The notes beneath the pieces are model-generated. The model did no database searches. It was not told the DNA's origin and saw nothing but the letters and a program-made list of their open reading frames with translations. The position numbers were made by a program, and so were the translations under genes. A stretch of DNA of 64,000 bases from Chrysomallon squamiferum (Eukaryota > Animalia > Mollusca), in contig CM022672.1 of assembly GCA_012295275.1 (NCBI GenBank), positions 29,264,001-29,328,000 on the forward strand, in the 5' to 3' direction. Positions 14,424-27,510 of this stretch are shown here, piece by piece (position 1 is the stretch's first letter; each line of letters opens with the position of its first letter).

Positions 14424-15727
14424 ATATATACATACATACGTACGTTCGTACGTACATACATTAACTACCTTTCAATAACTAATCAAATATAAAAACACGA
14501 GACATATGAAAAAGAAGAAACACGAGTTGTCTAACTTTCAACATTCTTCAGAGTTGTTTCTGGTATTATAAGGGGAAAAAATGTTAAGAATAAATAAATT
14601 ATTAAAAATAGATATATAAATAACAAATTGTATACGAGATGAACTCATATGGTGATAGTGGCTATTATTTTTATTACTACTTTTATTACTACTACTACTA
14701 CTACCACTATTGCTGATTTTGTTGTTGTTTTTGTTGTTGTTGTTATTATTATTATTTAAACGTGGTTTCAGACATTTTCAATTTAGCTTCGAGCAAACAT
14801 GGGCCGTGCATATCACAGACTTTGTCTATCAGTTGTGGAGCCTGAGTTTGAACGAGATATTTGCTCATGGACGGATATAGGTAGCTGTCATCATTGTTGT
14901 TGTTGTTATGTTTATTTTGTAGGTAAACTACATGATATAAAGTTCTGAGACGAAGACAAGATGAGTAATTCCAAATAAGAATCGTACGTACCTGTTACGA
15001 TTTACAGGCAGACGAACTATGAAACTCGTTCGTAATCCGGGAGCTGCCTATATTTTGTTAGGAACGATTATAGATCGTAGAGAACAATTAAATAATCAAT
15101 TTGAAAGACTCATTAGCCCATTTATCCTATTACAAATTATGTATCAGGTAAAAACACGTACGCTAGATCAATGTCTTTATTTATTTATCTGTCTATCTAT
15201 TTAGATACCTGTTTATCTGCATTTGTTATATACATTTACATATACACACTATCACACACACACATATATATATAATTATAAATATAAATATTTGAGTGCT
15301 TATATATAAACACACACACATATATTAATATACAGTTTATGTATGAATGTATTTTTGTATGTATGTACAATGATATATTTAATGAAAAACTTAAATAATT
15401 AATCAAACACAGCAAATAATTAAATAGGTAACATACTAAAAAAATGAAATTAAACAGAATAAAAAAAAAAAAAAAAAAAAAAAAAAAATAAATAAATAAA
15501 TAAATAAATAAACAAATAAATAAATATTTAAAATAATATAAAACAAACAAACAAATAAATAAACAAACAAATAATCAAATAAATAAATAAACACCGAACT
15601 GTAACTCAAGGAAAACGTATACATATATAAAAAGGTCACAAATAAAGAAACAGTAACTTACGCCTTTCATCATGAATATATCAGAAATGGATACATATGG
15701 AGTAGATATTTAACTTACCTTCGCCAT
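12962..15727 (-). CDS. GT31 beta-1,3-galactosyltransferase-like, paralogue B; complement(join(12962..13988,14992..15047,15719..15727)), 363 aa
   Basis: ORF 12962-13942 has RQVIRSTWG, FLDTYDNLTLKS, KVDDDVY, FPAYLLGAAY and IEDVYITG. The open frame extends to a tttcag| acceptor (exon starts 13988, phase 2). A stop-free 56-nt exon 15047-14992 (tag|...CAG|gtacgt, phase 0 to 2) and ATG GCG AAG|gtaagt (15727-15719) complete the frame: MAKAAPGLRTSFIVRLPVNRNSLRLINSFLHKIAFVAVVTVTFLIII. The main exon is certain; the two small exons are moderate. Confidence 0.85.
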
Positions 15728-16214
15728 AGTCTACGTGTGCTGTTTCCCCCAAACATCATCGCCAGAAAAACAATAGTTTGTTGTCAATCGCAACCCAATT
15801 TACAGCAGTGTGTTATTCAAATACGACAACAGATGTCGCGGATTATCGGAAAGAGTAGACGTCGTTTTTTTCAATAGGTTATAACAAAGGTTAAAAAAAA
15901 AACACTGTTTTTTTTAGCTGACGTTATTTCTTAGTATTCGAGTATTGGAGATCTGATTATTGTATTTTAATAAACGACAGAGCATCAGAAAAAAACAAAA
16001 AAACATGTACCTAATGTAACAGTTCTTGATTTAGTATTTCATGACTAATTTTTATTTATTTATTTATTTATTTATTCGTTCATACATCCATTCATTCATC
16101 TATTACTTAATTAATTTGTTTTCATTTTTGATTTGGTTATTGATTATATTTTGTAAAAACACTGAAAGACATTTATGTTTTATGAAGTGATAATGCAAGT
16201 GTAATGTGTCAGTG

Positions 16215-16287
<73 letters not shown>

Positions 16288-16474
16288 CAGAACATCCACA
16301 CACACACACACAAAGGCACACACACACAGACACACAGACACACAGTCTTACAAACACTGAGACAATACATACAGCAACAGACATATATGCGCGACAGGAA
16401 TAGACACAAAAGCACACACAATGTTCAGATATTGTTAAAAATAACAACTTGTATTATATCACAAGTTCTGAACA

Positions 16475-16735
16475 TTTAAATCTGTCTAACAAATGTGAGA
16501 GTTTACCACATCAAACGTTCTATCCGCTTAAATATGTCTTTCAAATACGAGATTTACTATATCAAACGTTCTGTACAATTAAATCTGTCTATCAAATACG
16601 AGATTGTACTACATCGAACGTTCTGCACGTTTAAATCTGTCGATGAAATACGAGATTATACTACATCAAACATTTAAATCTGTCTATCAAATACGAGATT
16701 CTACTACATAAAACGTTCTGTACGTGTAAATCTCT
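16475..16735. repeat. Minisatellite, ~52-bp unit, ~5 copies
   Basis: Consensus TTAAATCTGTCTATCAAATACGAGATTnTACTACATCAAACGTTCTGTACG repeated head-to-tail; one copy is internally deleted. Confidence 0.9.
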
Positions 16736-17563
16736 TTAAAATGTTACTACATTGTCCAGCTATACATTGTCAAGTGTTTGAGAACACATCTTTAACACTG
16801 TACATTGTTACACTCTGTATTTTACTCTAAGCTCCTTATTTGCGGAGATGCTAAAATTATCCTTACGTGAAAAACTACTACTAGTACTAGTACTAATACT
16901 AAGACACTACTGCTGCTGCTGTTGCTGCTACTAGTATGCTACTACTGCTAATATTGCTGCTACTTCTATTACAACTACTTCTACTCCTATTACCTTTATT
17001 ACTACTATAATCTTTGGCATGAACAGTAGTAGTATTAGTATTAATAGTAGTAGTAGTAATAATAATAATGATGATGATGATGATTGTGATAATAATTATA
17101 ATAATAATAATAAGAAGAAGAAGAATATCAGTAACAATACGAATGATGTAAAGTTCAATATTCTGCTATGGCTGTTTGCTATTTTGAACAATCACGACTT
17201 AACATAAGACTTTGTGATATTATTACAGCTGAGGAAAACAAATAGAAAAAAATAAATAAACGTAAACAGCAACTCAGTCTAACGCTCTAATTAAAATAAA
17301 TATCAACGATAGCTATACAAAGGGAGATAAATCGATAGAGTACTGGTGCACCTTCATACAACCCATTGAGAAATATAATATATAAATGCAATAAAAATAA
17401 ATCATGTCTGTGGGGGTCTGTGGTAATGTGTAAAATCAAACACAATGAAAAGTGACTTATTCGTTCAATCGTCACTTTTAAAAATAATTCGGCGAAATAT
17501 TGACTCAAATGAAAGATCCCTAACTGAATGTGGTGCCACCATCTAACAATAGTGTTCAAACTG

Positions 17564-18107
17564 CAGTCACATAAAAAGTCCGGTAAAAATTAGTTATTTG
17601 ATAAAAAATCACTCACAAAAACAGGCCGTTAAGAATCAGATATTTGTACAAACATCAGTCGCATAAACAGGCTGATAAGAATTAAATATTTGTTCAAACA
17701 ACAGTCATATAAACAGGCCGGTTAGAATCAGTTATTATTCAAACATCAGTCGCATAAACACGCCGGTAAGAATTAAATATTTGTTCAAACAACAGTCACA
17801 TAAACACGCCGGTAAGAATCAGTTATTTGTTCAAACAAAAATCATATAAACAGGCCTGAACAAAATAGTTATTTGATCAAACATCAGTCACGTAAATAGG
17901 ACGATAAGAACTAAATATTTGTTCAAACATCAGTACATAAAGAGGCGGATAAGAATTAGTTATTTGTTCATACAGCAGTCACATAAACAGGCCGATAAGA
18001 ATTACTTATTTGTTCAAACATCAGTACATAAATTAGTCGGTAAGAATTAGTTATTTGTTTAAACATCAGTACATAAACAGGCCGGTAAAAATTAGTTATT
18101 TGTTCAG
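17564..18107. repeat. Minisatellite, 45-46-bp unit, ~12 copies
   Basis: Consensus CAGTCACATAAACAGGCCGGTAAGAATTAGTTATTTGTTCAAACAT, contiguous with no spacers. Confidence 0.93.
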
Positions 18108-18819
18108 GTCGGTAATAAGTAATTATTTCTTTATAATCATCTCGTCAGTGAATTAGTTATATTCGTTCCTTATAAATACTGATTTATTATTTTGATTATT
18201 TTATTTATTTATTATTATTATTATTATTTTTTTTTTTCTTTGCCTATAAAATCTTTTTACTAAACATTTATCAATACATAACGAATATATGCTAAGGGCA
18301 TAAGGCTAATGCTTCTACTGCTAATACTACTACTACTACTACTACTACTGTTACTGCTATAGTGCTGCTGCTATTAATATTACTATTATTACCACAGCTA
18401 CTATCGCCAATACTATTACATCACTGACATTTACAACTAAAACAATTACTATCACTGCTATTACTATTACTTGCATTACTAATATTACTAAAATTACAAT
18501 CACTTCAAGTACGACAGTTACTACTACTACTTACAGTTCTATAAATTAACAACAGCAACAACATTACTAATAACATCAACATAATGATGATGATGCTGAT
18601 GATGATGATGAAGAGGATGATTATAATTCCTGTAAAGAAGAAGAAGAAGAAGAAGAAGAAGAAGAAGAAGAAGAAGGAGGAGGAGGAGAAGGAGAAGAAG
18701 AATAAAATAAAATAAATATAAACCAGAACTTCAGCATAAACTGCAGGAAACAAACAAATAATATAAAATAAAATAAATAATAATAAAGAAAATTAAAAAC
18801 ACTTCAGTATTTTATCCAA

Positions 18820-19070
18820 TCGGTATCTTCGTCATATTCATTGCGCACCAGCACGGACGCATATCCGGCATTGCATTATTTAGAATAACCTGTGACAGAC
18901 ATCTGTTTCAAAAATCGACATGGTCTTTTGTCCAGTTATGATTATACAAACGTCGTCTGCATCTAATCAGATATCGATAGGAACATAATTAGCTCTGCTG
19001 TGCGTCAATAACGAGACTTCAGTTAGAAGAACACAAATGTTCTTGAAGAAAAGTCTTGAACGATAAAAGT
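18820..19070 (+). promoter_or_regulatory. Putative promoter / first non-coding exon of GT31 paralogue C
   Basis: CpG-rich unique island (CCAAT, CGTCGTCTGC) between microsatellite tracts, ending at a possible gtacgt donor at 19071, upstream of the 19724 acceptor. Confidence 0.4.
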
Positions 19071-19128
19071 GTACGTATATTGTATAGTTAAATAGTTTTA
19101 ATACATGTAGTATATGTCTGTGTTATTT

Positions 19129-19195
<67 letters not shown>

Positions 19196-19810
19196 GTTCA
19201 TTTACACACTAATTGTTTGATATATAGGTTATTTCGCTCATCTCTTTATTTATTAAAAATGTTATTTATTTATTTGTTTGTTTTGCTTTTTTGTTTATTC
19301 GTTTGTTTGTTTGTTATTTTATGTGATGGTTTTATTTGTAAACGGGGATGTCACTTTGCTAATAACACAGTAATAATAAAATGCCTCTAAATATACACAG
19401 GCACGATAAAACCAATGCATTTCATCCATAGCAATGTAAATGTATGTATGTATGTATGTATGCATGCATGCATGTGTGTGTGTATGTATGTATGTATGTA
19501 TGTATGCATGCATGCTTGCATGTATGTATGTATGTATGAATATGTAGAAATGAAATATATACATACGTAAATATGATACTCACAAACGTTCTGACAAACA
19601 TGTTATGATTTACGTACGCACGCACACACACACACATACAACAGATGGTTGATTATTAAAACTATTGAATTGTACAACATATGTCACTTATTCCTCGTTA
19701 TAGATTTTGTTTCCCTAACTGCAGGAATTTAACAATAAAATTAGTTAATATTACAAAGAGTGGATTCACAGTGACACGTGAAAATATTTGTCTTCTTGGC
19801 GGATTTTTAC

Positions 19811-21544
19811 ATGGATCAAGAAATGGGAACCTATAATCTCTACCACAGGTAGAAATTTAAACTACCTTTAACATTTTCCATGTATATTCTTCATAGCCTA
19901 ATTCATGTATAATTCATTACAAATTCCATTGATATTCATAGATTATTTCAGTGTATGTTTACAACCAAGTTCGTTTATATATCGGTATTGAAATCAACTG
20001 TTGCTTATTTAAAATAATTTTGTATTACTTTATTATTTATTTAATTTTAATAATTTATTAATATTTGAAAAAAAGAAGTGATTTATCGATATTTATTAGC
20101 TATGGAATTTAGATGATGTAGTTTACATAAATTTTATAACTGTTCGTATTTTTTCATGAATTACATATATATATGTATAATTTAATATGTACCTATCTGA
20201 TATAGTTTGTGCATTTATTAAATACATGTTTACAAATTTGTCCTATTAGTTTAATAAATGAACTGATATATATTTTTATATAAGAATCCTTGTAATTTTA
20301 CACCGCCATAGTCATCGTCATCATCCACATCATCATCATCATCATCATTATCGTCTATGTGGTTATTATCATTATCAACCCAGTAAGAATGTAGTTGTTT
20401 TTCATGCAGAGCCATGTTTCACTTGAAATACAGACGGACACCTCTGTGCTACGGACGGGTCCTAGTCGCCGTCTTCGTGATTTTCGTCTGTTTGGTAGTG
20501 TTGAGCAGACGTCACGTAGAAAAACACGAGAAAAGCGTGTTTGGTCAGGTGCACGGGCATCACGGACGAGTGAACCACGAACAGCTTCGTCACGGACTGG
20601 CAGCGATCCTGGCACGAAAGAGGGCGCTGCGAGAACGCTTGCTACATCTGGGTAAAAGACTTCCTTACCCAGAGATAAAACTGGCAGAAGCGTTTGTGAA
20701 AAACATCAGTAGTAAAGTTGTGAATAATTTCGATTTTGGATTTTCGATCGGCGAACCCGACTTTTGTCGAGATTCTCCGGAGTTAGTCGTCTTTGTCGTC
20801 GGCGCTGCGTCTCATTTCCGACGGAGAAGAGCGATCCGAAAAACGTGGGCGAACAAGAAACGCTACAAAGCTTTAAGCAACAAAATTATTTTTCTAGTCG
20901 CTAGAGGAAGCAAGAGAATACAAAGTAAAATCGAAACCGAAAGTAAAGTGTATCATGACATGATTCAGGTAGATTTTGTGGAGTCCTACAGTAATCTACC
21001 TCTAAAATCTGTTGCCATTCTCAAATGGACGAAACAGTACTGCATGACGTCGAAGTTCATTTTGAAAACTGACGACGACGTATACGTCAACATGCCTGTA
21101 TTGCAACACCTCCTCAAGATACAAGAAACACCCGAGTTTATGTTAGGAAAAGAAAATTACAAACTTTCTGTTCGCAGGTTTCCAAATGACAGATATTACG
21201 TCAGCAAGAAGGAATACCCGTACGACTTCTTTCCTCCTTACCTCCAGGGCGTCGGCTACGTCATTACAACATCAGCAGTGCCACGCGTCTATGACGCAGC
21301 AACGCATCTCCCACTTATCAGACTGGAAGACGTCTTCGTTACAGGCTTTTGTCGAATTCGGGCCGGCGTTCCGCTCATCCCAACCCGGCTGTTTAAAACG
21401 GCGCACAAACCGAGACGCTGTGTAGTCCGTGCTTTAGCTCTCGCCCATGGTTATGGCCGATCAACGAAATTGTTTCATATGCACAAACTTGTCATGGACA
21501 TGAGAGTGAAATGCAGACGGATTAAAAAATCTAAGAAACATTAA
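19811..21544 (+). CDS. GT31 beta-1,3-galactosyltransferase-like, paralogue C; join(19811..19848,20410..21544), 390 aa (or 376 aa from ATG 20414)
   Basis: ORF 20414-21544 has TM helix VLVAVFVIFVCLVVL, RRAIRKTWA, FVESYSNLPLKS, KTDDDVY, FPPYLQGVGY, LEDVFVTG and C-terminal ALAHG. Acceptor ttcatgcag| ends at 20409. Upstream exon 19725-19848 (ctaactgcag| ... CAG|gtagaa) supplies in-frame MDQEMGTYNLYHR in phase 2. Confidence 0.9.
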
Positions 21545-21884
21545 TTCAGAAGAATTTTATTTTGAACATTTATATCTATATATAAATGCAAAGCGTTAAA
21601 AAGGAAAGAAAACAAAATGTTTTAAATGTGACTGTTTCCAAGGAGAAATATATCAGAGTATTTCTAATTATTATTATTATTCTTATTTTTCTTTTTTAAT
21701 TTTAAGATTGCTTTTGCATGTTTGGTTGATTTTAAATATTCATTTTCTTATTTTATTATCAGTTTTCTTTCTGTTTAAAACGATACAGTTTGTAATCTTG
21801 CAAGATGACACACAATGAACTTACAGAATAATGCCGAAAGTCTGTTAATTTGTAAATGCCTTAAATATTAACATTATAAGACTA

Positions 21885-21937
<53 letters not shown>

Positions 21938-22686
21938 TTAATGTGCTAACCATTTTTAATATTTAAATAAAACATTTTTACTTCGTAAAAAGTCCTTTGC
22001 TGTTATAGATAGTGATGGGCTGGTCTAAAGTTGAAACTTGTCGAAAAGTTTTCTCTTGTCTTTTGATAGAAGATTATGTAGAACCTGGAAAAGCAGAACC
22101 AAGAAAATAATAATAATAATTAAAGAAATAATAAAAAAAAGTTAACTCAGGAATGAGTGTTCTACCCACACCTGTCCTGATCTGGTGTGTGAAGTACAGA
22201 TGTCATTCGCTGTCCTTCTGCTGCTGCTTCTTCTTCATTATGATCCGTAGTGGTAGTAACAGTATCAGTACAATAGCAGTAGATATAGCAGTAGTTGCAA
22301 AAACAACAACAACAAAAAAAAGACCGCGGAAATGGACTAGATACGATATAAGGCACTTAAAATATTTTGTACCTTTTTATTTAACAATTATACTTTTAAT
22401 ATTGTTTTATATTCATGACAGCACAGATATCTCTTCTGAATATTTCCTTTACGAAAACGTATTTTGAATGCCGTGAAATACGTTACAAATATTTGAATGA
22501 AATGTTATGGTTTTGTTAGAATTTTCTTGTTGTTTTGTTTCTTTTTTCTATTTATAGATATATTTTCTATTTAAGATTGTCAAAATATTGCGTTTTCCCA
22601 TGTATTACAGCCAGTCCAGATTATCATTGATACTGCCTGGATACCATCATCATCATCATCATCACTGATTAATAACATCATTATAA

Positions 22687-22752
<66 letters not shown>

Positions 22753-24314
22753 GTGTAATATGTAGTTTCTTTGGAATATATAAAATGATTTCAATGAGAG
22801 GCTTATCTCCTCATACAATGTAAAAATGCAAAATAAATTTTCAGTTAAAATTGTAACATTTTTTTGTTTTGTCTTAAAGAAGAAAGAAAGAAGGCAAGAA
22901 AGAAAGAAAGAAAAAGAAACAGCCATAAAAATTTAAAGATTAAAGTGTGTAAGATAGACCAGAATTTACTGTTCAAGTAAAGGGAAATAACTCCTTATGC
23001 GTGCTTGTGTATGTGTGTGTGTATATGTGTGTGTATATATAGACAGATAAAAAGAAAAAAAAGAAAGAAAAAATCAGGCATAAAAAATAGCAATAAAACG
23101 AACAAGAAAGACAGGAATTCGCTGTCAAAGAGAAGGGAAATAACTCTTCCTAACTCCTTTGATTTAAACAAAAGGAGAGCAACGGCAGCAGCAGCAGTAC
23201 GAAAAACAACAACAACAACAATAACAACAACAACTAATACTAAACTACATTTTTTTCTGTTACTATTACAGTATTACTGATAATATTTGACAAAGATTAT
23301 AATGATGATGTGATGATGATGATAACAATAATCATTGTGAATAATTTAAATAAATAATTATATATGTGCGTGTGTGTATGTGTTTGTGTGTAAATATAAA
23401 TATATAATATTCAAATATATATATATATATACAAATATATATAAGTATGTATGTATATGGGTTTGTGTAGCATCCCCAGACACATGATACATACACATTT
23501 ATGCATGCAGTGAAACACACACACATACAGACAGCTAAGCAGACTCACACATACCCATCACGCAATGGTAAACACTAAAAAACTACCACTGTACGCAAAC
23601 ACGTGCATACGTATTACTGCTGAGAGCTAGAGAGAGAGAGAGAGAGTAAAAATAGATGCTATTTATTGTTTCCATGTGACGCACAAACCACGTAAGATAA
23701 TCATACACAAAGTTTGGCTTACGGTGACCCTAACAAATGCTACGCAGATCCAACCTGCTGCGAGGGAAACGCGACAAGGCGTATTTCTGAAACATACTTG
23801 TATATTTTTCTTCACAAATTAGAAGCAGACGTTTCGATGCATGTCGGACGCATGTCGGGCTTGGTGGAAAGAATTCCGGAGCTCGAAGACATTTTTTTTT
23901 TTTTTTTTTTTTTCACAAAAGTGATGCAAATGCAGACATATTTTTCATTACTAAAGATTATAATATTTTATAGAACGGCCCAGATTTCTAATTACAATCA
24001 GTATATTCTACATCGCTAAAAATGAGGATTATCTAATATATTGGCACAAAACGTCGATGGAAGCAGTTACCATTGATATTTAATTAATATTACATCCGTC
24101 TGCAGTTATTATTTAGCAATATGTTGTGGTTGGTGCGGACGTAAAATAATTTTAGACATACTGAACGGTAAACTTGTCTTTGTGATTGGTATTGTGTTTT
24201 CGCTACTGACGTAATTATGTTGTAATGACGTCATAATGGCATTGCATCACAGTTTTTTCTGGTGGAAAATATAACATTCTTCAGGAGTTATTTTCTCTTT
24301 AAACGGTCTGTTGA

Positions 24315-24354
<40 letters not shown>

Positions 24355-24543
24355 CATATATTTTGTATCATAATATTTATATTTTTGTTTTCTTGAATAA
24401 ACAACAAACAAACAAAAAATTAAATAAATAAATAAATAAAAAGAAACCTTACACTGTTTAATTTCAAACAGAGCACAAAATTCACTTATATTTCAATTCT
24501 TTATATTTAAAAGAAAGAAAAAACATGGAAAAATAAAATAAAA

Positions 24544-24619
<76 letters not shown>

Positions 24620-24984
24620 CTAGAATAAAGTACAGTTTTGTATATCTGTCAGTTTTCTCTCTGTCTATTCGCTCTGTCTCTTTTTATCATTCTTTTTGCC
24701 ATTTCCTTCCCTAATATTTCCCCCCCCTCTCTCTCTGTCTTATATTTCATTCGATTTTTAAAAATATTCTCTTTGATATAAATGGTAAAACTCACTAATC
24801 TTTTGGTATTCGTAGATTTACGGTTCTTTCCGGAAGATAATACTTGCGGAACATCTCTTGTTGTTATCTAATTGTTCCGATAACAGGAAACTTAACTCGG
24901 AAGATAAATTTTTTCCCCTCATCTTAATATGCGGCAACATTTTTATGAGCTAGGATCAAAGTATATATGTCTTGAAATTACGGC

Positions 24985-25407
24985 TTCGTGATAAACAAGG
25001 ATGGTGACGTAATCACGCCACCAGGAAGCACGGCCAATGACAGTCGGTGTGTGCAGGAGGAAGCGGTTATTAACCATCTGGGATACATATCCACCAATGC
25101 TTATCTGCTAACAGAGCGAGCAAACGGAGGCAAGCGAGCAGTCGAATACTCGCCGATTTACTGGCACGAATTTTTCAAGGCAGTACGCAACAACTTGGCG
25201 AGAGGTTGCCGTAATAAATAAATATATACAAGATCGGTCGGTCGATGTTTGGCGAGATGGAATAAAAATGTAAAAAACGTCGAAGCAAAAGAAGACGTGT
25301 TGTGAGTTTGTTTCTGTAATGCTTGATCGAGAAACGTTTGACAGCAGACGACATAACCTTTGAGTGTGGACCGGTCTGCTAAAAACAAAATCCAACTGAT
25401 AAAGCAG
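24985..25407 (+). promoter_or_regulatory. Putative promoter / non-coding first exon (candidate distal 5' exon of CHST15-like)
   Basis: CpG-rich island with CCAAT-like and CRE-like motifs, ending in a strong donor CAG|gtaaga at 25408 followed by T-rich intron-like sequence. No coding ORF; the next + strand gene is CHST15-like. Confidence 0.4.
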
Positions 25408-25713
25408 GTAAGAACTTAGTTTTTATGATGTTTTGATTTTAAATTCTCAGTTTTCTTTCTTCCTATCTTTCTTTCTGTCTGTCTTTCTTTCTTTAATTTC
25501 TTTTTGTTTGTTCGTTTGTTTGTTTTTCTTAATTCCGATAAAATGACAATCTTTGTAATCGCTGGAGTTAAAGCGTTGATTTTTAAGACTGGTAGACTTA
25601 ACTAAGATCGCGTCCCCCCTTCTGCTCCAAAATACAGTAAAAACTAGACACACTAGATAGAATTAACCCACACAGAAATATGCTTGTATCTACAGTTCAT
25701 ATAAATGACATAA

Positions 25714-25820
25714 ATGACATAAAGAAGCTTCCTCAAAAATGGCGAAAAGTTGTGAGAACAAAATCGCGCGCGTTTTTACAAATATCTGAATATTTTCTTT
25801 GAATTTCAATTAGAAAATGC
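25714..25820. repeat. Dispersed ~100-bp repeat, copy 1
   Basis: atgacataaagaagcttcctcaaaaatggcgaaaagttgtg..aacaaaatcgcgcgcgttt.tacaaatatct is nearly identical to 30789-30882. Confidence 0.85.
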
Positions 25821-26148
25821 TAAAAACTTTTGTTCCAGTTCAATATATATTATTCTTTTTTGTCTAAACTTCATTATGATTAAAAAGCTGAAAAAAAAAA
25901 AAAAAAAATAATTAGCTATAATATTGAAAAGTAAAGGAAGAACAAATAATAATAATAATAATAATGATGATGATAATAATAAATGAAATAAACTGAATAT
26001 ATATTACAGAGAGAGAACAAAAAGAAAAATATCAGTTCTTTTTATTCTTATTTTCTTTTTATATTGTTAATTGTCAAATTTAGCTCACTACAATATTGCG
26101 AAATAATAATAATTTGCTTTGTTTTTATCCTTTTTAATAAACTGATAT

Positions 26149-26186
<38 letters not shown>

Positions 26187-26668
26187 TGCAACGTAAAATA
26201 ACTTCAGTTTTAAGTGTTAAAATAATTTGTTTTAAATACTAGAACAGTTATTATTAAAATATGTTACAACGAGTTTTCAGTTAAAATTCTTAACATTTCG
26301 CGAAGATGTTTTAACACAGCTGCTTTAAAACAGTCGAAACAATTTATTTTTACCGTCTTGAATTGTGAGACATTTTTCTGTCGTCTGCATTTCACTGAAC
26401 TACACATCCAACCAGACATGCGCGCTGTGAGCCCAGCTGACAGACGTGTTGAAAGTATAAACAACGCTGTTTGATAACTGGCTGTATGACGTTGTAAACA
26501 TCGTGCTGGTGGCGTAATTTGAATGTTTGCACGTGTCCCAGTGTGTTGTAAAACATGGACTGGCAGGTTAGAGTCAATCGAAAATCAGTAACAGGAACTG
26601 ACCGACACATGTACAGACCTCTGAACAATTGAGATAATAATAACGAGAAATATATACATATTCCAAAT

Positions 26669-26782
<114 letters not shown>

Positions 26783-26917
26783 TTATAACAACAACAACAA
26801 TAATAAATAAATAAAATACTATAATGTTTTTCTCTTCATATCCCTTTATGATTATTACTTTCTCAGACATACGCATTTATAGACAGATGGGTATGATTGA
26901 AAAAAACAAAGATATTA

Positions 26918-27032
<115 letters not shown>

Positions 27033-27446
27033 TTCATCAATATTTGTAATCCTTCAGTAAAGTCCACATTCACGCATCCATTTCTCTGTTATCTGAGAAA
27101 AAAACGTTCCGCTTCAATAAACTCGCTATTAAATTCTTACCAGCCCAGTTATTTCTAACATTTTAATATAAACTCCACTTTATCAACAGTTCAGATAAGT
27201 GGAGTCCGTTTTATCAGTTTTTAGATAGCTTTAGCCTGTTGCAATCACTGCGATGTTGTTAGCACTTAACACGTTGTTTTGCAGTCTGTCTTTGAAACTA
27301 ACGTGTACGTAATGTTTTTGCACCTATTTTCACCTTCGCGACACCTGTTTCTACCTGTCAAGTTCGTACACCTGTTTAAGCTCAGGTGTTATGGATAATT
27401 TAGCAACATCAACTAAACTAATATTTGTATCAGATAAAGAGAAGTA

Positions 27447-27510
27447 ATAGTCTAGTGGTCAGAGTGCTCGACTCAAACGTCATGGATCCTAGGATCGATC
27501 CTGCTAACTG
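27447..27510 (+). mobile_element. tRNA-derived SINE head
   Basis: Pol III A box TAGTCTAGTGG and B-box-like GGATCGATCC at tRNA spacing, with no acceptor stem. Confidence 0.6.

Noticed and set aside
17564-18107. CRISPR-like regular array
   Set aside because: Units are contiguous and similar along their full length, with no unique spacers and no cas genes; the context is eukaryotic. It is a minisatellite.
27447-27510. Possible tRNA gene
   Set aside because: A and B boxes are present but no cloverleaf or acceptor stem forms; better explained as a SINE head.
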